From Leptolinea sp. (lineage in GTDB: Bacteria; Chloroflexota; Anaerolineae; Anaerolineales; Anaerolineaceae), in contig JAAZMZ010000017.1 in assembly GCA_012798535.1 (NCBI GenBank), forward strand, positions 7,698 through 71,697: DNA of 64,000 nucleotides. Reading direction: 5' to 3'. The position numbers and the translations under genes were made by a program. Below are positions 60,780 to 64,000 of this stretch, piece by piece (the stretch's first letter is position 1; each line of letters opens with the position of its first letter). A model generated the notes under the pieces. It was not told the DNA's origin. It did not search any database and saw only the letters and a program-made list of their open reading frames with translations.

Positions 60780-60909
60780 AATCCGCCTTCCTTTACGTTA
60801 TATTCTAATGAGATATATCAACCGGTATGTAATGGAATAATTCCATACAATATGATCAAAGTACACGAGTCTTTCTTGACCTTTCATTACGAACTCCTTG
60901 GAGGCGACT

Positions 60910-61779
60910 GTGGAATACTCTATTGGTGACCTTTCGAAAATCACCCGAATAAGCGGAAAAACCCTGCATCACTATCACCAGGAAGGGCTGGTTATTCCCT
61001 CACGCATCGATAAATTCACGCGCCATCGGTATTATGACGAAAATTGCTTTAACACCGTAGAAGTGGTTCATCGTTTTCACCGGCTGGGAATTTCCACAGA
61101 AACGATCAAAAATGTACTGGCAAACCATAAAGATAGTAAAAAATTGCTTGAATTCATGAGGAAAGGGTGTATAGCTAAAGAGCTTTCCCTTGAAAAGTTG
61201 GGAATTTCACAGGAGACTATCCATGCTTTTTTTCATGGTCAGCCGTCAGCACTAAATGCCGTCGGCCGTCTGGAGTCTTCAACTCCGGCTACTATTTCGG
61301 TTGCCTGTGAGAGGTTTTACGGTACAACAGCCGAAATTGGCAGCCACCTTGCGACTTTATATCAGGCCTGTGGATCATCCGTCATCGGTCAGCCCATCAT
61401 CCTGTTCCATGATGATCACCAGTATAAAGACGAGCGGGATCTGGAGTGCTGTTTCCCTGTGGATGAGACTTTTTCGGGGAACGGTGTGAACAGGCGTACG
61501 CTGACCGGTACAAGATCGATTAGCATCAGGTATGAAGGATTTTATGAAGGCATCTGGATAGGTTACCGACAAATCATTGATTATCTAAACCGGCATCACC
61601 TCGCCGTTCAATCGCCCTCTCGAGAGATATGGCAGCATTTCAATCCGGCAGAATCATGGATTGATGATCTTCCAGTGAAGGTGGATATTCAATTTATCAC
61701 CGGTGATCCGGACGACCCCGATTTTAATCGGGATGTTTCCAGACCCGGATACGGCATCGATGCACAATTTGACCTTTGA
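60910..61779 (+). CDS. Second, divergent MerR-GyrI regulator
   Basis: YSIGDLSK...KTLHHYHQEGLV...HRYY; YEGFY, SREIW; GGAGG RBS before GTG 60910. Confidence 0.82.
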   Translation: MEYSIGDLSKITRISGKTLHHYHQEGLVIPSRIDKFTRHRYYDENCFNTVEVVHRFHRLGISTETIKNVLANHKDSKKLLEFMRKGCIAKELSLEKLGISQETIHAFFHGQPSALNAVGRLESSTPATISVACERFYGTTAEIGSHLATLYQACGSSVIGQPIILFHDDHQYKDERDLECCFPVDETFSGNGVNRRTLTGTRSISIRYEGFYEGIWIGYRQIIDYLNRHHLAVQSPSREIWQHFNPAESWIDDLPVKVDIQFITGDPDDPDFNRDVSRPGYGIDAQFDL

Positions 61780-61791
61780 GCCCGTGAGGGT

Positions 61792-62643
61792 TTAATTCAG
61801 GCCGGCAAACAGGTCAGTCTCTTTTTCACCCGGTTTCGCGGATGGAATGGCACGCATGTACTCCTCCACGGATCCGAATTGACGCCTGAACCAGCCAGCA
61901 ATCCCGGTTACCATACTTGTCCCACCCTGGCTGGCATGACAAGCAGAAGCGGCATCCCGAATTTCGGCAACCTGACGGCAATTGATTCGCGTTGAGATCG
62001 GGAATTCCACTTCTGAGATGGCCACCATATCGATATCCTGATTGGCGCCGAATTTCCGCGGGTTTTTGCCAAACAACCGATACATTCGCACCGCTAACCG
62101 TAAAAAAGTACGCGGCATGGTTTGATAATACAATTTATCCGCCCTGTATGGTTCAAGACCGTCCATGACCACACCGGAATCGGCAGCCAGGTCAAACGCC
62201 CGAACGGTGGCTTTATGGATCGCAATATGATCCGGATGATAGTAACCGCCTATTGGATCGAAAGTGATCACGACTTGCGGGCGAATTTCTCGAATATATC
62301 GGGCGACTTCAACCGCTACTTTTTCAACCGGCTGGGCTGCCAGAGCCTGTGGATGCCGGTTATCTGCCGTGCCGGGCATTCCCGAATCCCGGTAGCCCAG
62401 AAAGAACACTGATTTGACTCCCAGCGTCTGGGCGGCGCAACGTAATTCTGATTCTCGTTTTTCGCCGATAGTCGCGAATCCATCCATCAATTCGGGCGGC
62501 ATTTCGCCGACTTCACCCCGCGTGGCGCATATCAGATACACATCAACATCACGGCGCGAGTACAATGCCAGAGTTCCACCGGTTCCGAAGGTCTCATCAT
62601 CCGGATGAGCAAGCACGGCAAGCAGCGTTTTTCTTTCTTCCAT
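61792..62643 (-). CDS. PIG-L family deacetylase (MshB/Mca-like)
   Basis: AHPDDE, ATRGEVG, YRDSG, YHPDH, HASQ. Confidence 0.9.
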   Translation of the reverse strand: MEERKTLLAVLAHPDDETFGTGGTLALYSRRDVDVYLICATRGEVGEMPPELMDGFATIGEKRESELRCAAQTLGVKSVFFLGYRDSGMPGTADNRHPQALAAQPVEKVAVEVARYIREIRPQVVITFDPIGGYYHPDHIAIHKATVRAFDLAADSGVVMDGLEPYRADKLYYQTMPRTFLRLAVRMYRLFGKNPRKFGANQDIDMVAISEVEFPISTRINCRQVAEIRDAASACHASQGGTSMVTGIAGWFRRQFGSVEEYMRAIPSAKPGEKETDLFAGLN

Positions 62644-62773
62644 TATTGTCCTTTTTTCCTGGTTTCAACTGTAGTCATTGTAGTAGTTTTAACAATCTCG
62701 GAAAACAGCCACGGCAGATTTGTAGAAGGTGGATTCTTACATGAGGATGTGCGTTTTGGCATAAAATACAACT

Positions 62774-64000
62774 ATGCAGCTCATTTTAACCCACGACCAG
62801 GCTGATTTTGACGCCATTGGATCCCTTCTGGGAGCTGCGCTGATCCATGAAGGAGCCATTCCCGTGTTACCTTCGCGCCTGAACCGCAACGTTCGCGCCT
62901 TCCAGAACCTGTATGGATCAGAGCTGCCCTTTGTGGATCAGAAGGACTTATCCGGTGATCCGGTGGAATCCATCATTCTGGTCGATACCCAATCTCTGGT
63001 GACGGTCAAAGGAATGCGCCGCTCCACCCGCATCCGCGTAATCGATCATCATCATAAGCGCGCGGACATTTCACCGGACTGGCAATTCTCTATGGATAAT
63101 ACCGGCGCGTGTACCACTCTCTTCATTGAACATATCCGTGATCATAACGCAGGTATTAATCCCATTCAGGCCACCCTTTTGATGCTGGGCATTTATGAGG
63201 ATACCGGTTCTCTGACATACGCTTCGACCACCGCACGTGATGTGCGGGCTGCCGCGTATCTCATGGATCAGGGAGCCAGTTTGAAGATCGCCGCTAATTT
63301 TCTTAATCCACCCCTGTCCGCGTCACAGCGTCTGCTGTATGACCGTCTGTTGGCGTCGGCTGAAACCCATCATATCCATGGACACACCGTGACCATTGTC
63401 TCCGGTCATGGAGAAGATATGGATGAAGAGATATCGTCCGTCGCGCACAAGCTACGCGATCTTCTGGATCCGGATGCATTGTTTGTTCTGGTAATTACCC
63501 GCGACGGTGTACGGCTGATCGCCCGTTCGACCAGCGACCGTATTAATGTCGCCCGTATTGCGCGAATATTTGGCGGCGGCGGACATGAACGCGCCAGTGC
63601 CGCCCTACTTCATCCTACCGGCGAGGTTGCACCTGATACTCTTGCGCAATTGCTGGAAGATACGAAAAGGCAGCTCGAGAAACTGTTCCCTGATATGGTT
63701 CAACCTTCCATTCGGGTTCGCAAGATCATGTCCCACCGCCCTCTGCTCATAGCACCGGATACTTCTGCCCAGGAAGCTCTCAGCCTGATGCAGAAATACG
63801 GCTATGAAGGCTATCCCGTGGTGGATAATGGAAGGGTTGTCGGTTTGTTGAACCGCCGCGCAGTAGATCGCGCCATTTCACACCGTCTTAACCTGCCCAC
63901 ATCCAGTCTTATGGAAGCCGGCGAGGTTACCGTCTCTCCCGATGACCCGATCGATCATTTGCAGGATATTATGACCTCCACAGGCTGGGGGCAGGTTCCA
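62774..64000 (+). CDS. DHH/DHHA1-CBS protein, likely the N-terminus of a CBS-containing CCA tRNA nucleotidyltransferase (partial)
   Basis: MQLILTHDQADFDA, IDHH, GIYEDTG, GGGGHERA, CBS pair; open to the window end, absent from the ORF track. Confidence 0.85.
   Translation, partial: MQLILTHDQADFDAIGSLLGAALIHEGAIPVLPSRLNRNVRAFQNLYGSELPFVDQKDLSGDPVESIILVDTQSLVTVKGMRRSTRIRVIDHHHKRADISPDWQFSMDNTGACTTLFIEHIRDHNAGINPIQATLLMLGIYEDTGSLTYASTTARDVRAAAYLMDQGASLKIAANFLNPPLSASQRLLYDRLLASAETHHIHGHTVTIVSGHGEDMDEEISSVAHKLRDLLDPDALFVLVITRDGVRLIARSTSDRINVARIARIFGGGGHERASAALLHPTGEVAPDTLAQLLEDTKRQLEKLFPDMVQPSIRVRKIMSHRPLLIAPDTSAQEALSLMQKYGYEGYPVVDNGRVVGLLNRRAVDRAISHRLNLPTSSLMEAGEVTVSPDDPIDHLQDIMTSTGWGQVP

Overview
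Bacterial chromosomal window, probably from an Anaerolineae-type Chloroflexota (inferred from gene content and protein style; not verified). About 1-25.8 kb is a large cell-surface glycan locus: GT2/GT4 glycosyltransferases (one an internally duplicated two-module GT4), a WbpI/WecB-like 2-epimerase, a WbpG-HisF2-HisH2 amidotransferase trio, a deacetylase, a methyltransferase and six polytopic GT-C-like membrane proteins (a seventh lies at 51-53 kb). About 25.9-32.6 kb holds a histidine kinase lacking its H-box His, a Cys-containing LysM protein, a Xer-like recombinase with substituted catalytic residues, tilS and a REC/CpaE-like protein with a deviant Walker A. The rest is mostly housekeeping (cobB, mutL, ctpA, S1-domain protein, pyrG, rnpB, tpiA, upp, ruvB, queA, eno, clpB, partial CCA-adding-type enzyme). 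Interspersed are an AT-rich BstYI-like restriction-modification cassette, a mntA/hepT pair with a twice-stopped toxin, an ECF sigma/ZAS/DUF2892 module and a MerR-operator-controlled BtrH-like gene with two MerR-GyrI regulators. Features not in the ORF track include a UGA-containing UxxC peroxiredoxin-like selenoprotein with a SECIS-like hairpin, RNase P RNA, the hepT pseudogene, four 11-bp tandem repeats upstream of clpB and several apparently leaderless genes. All calls come from reading motifs by eye; no database searches were run.
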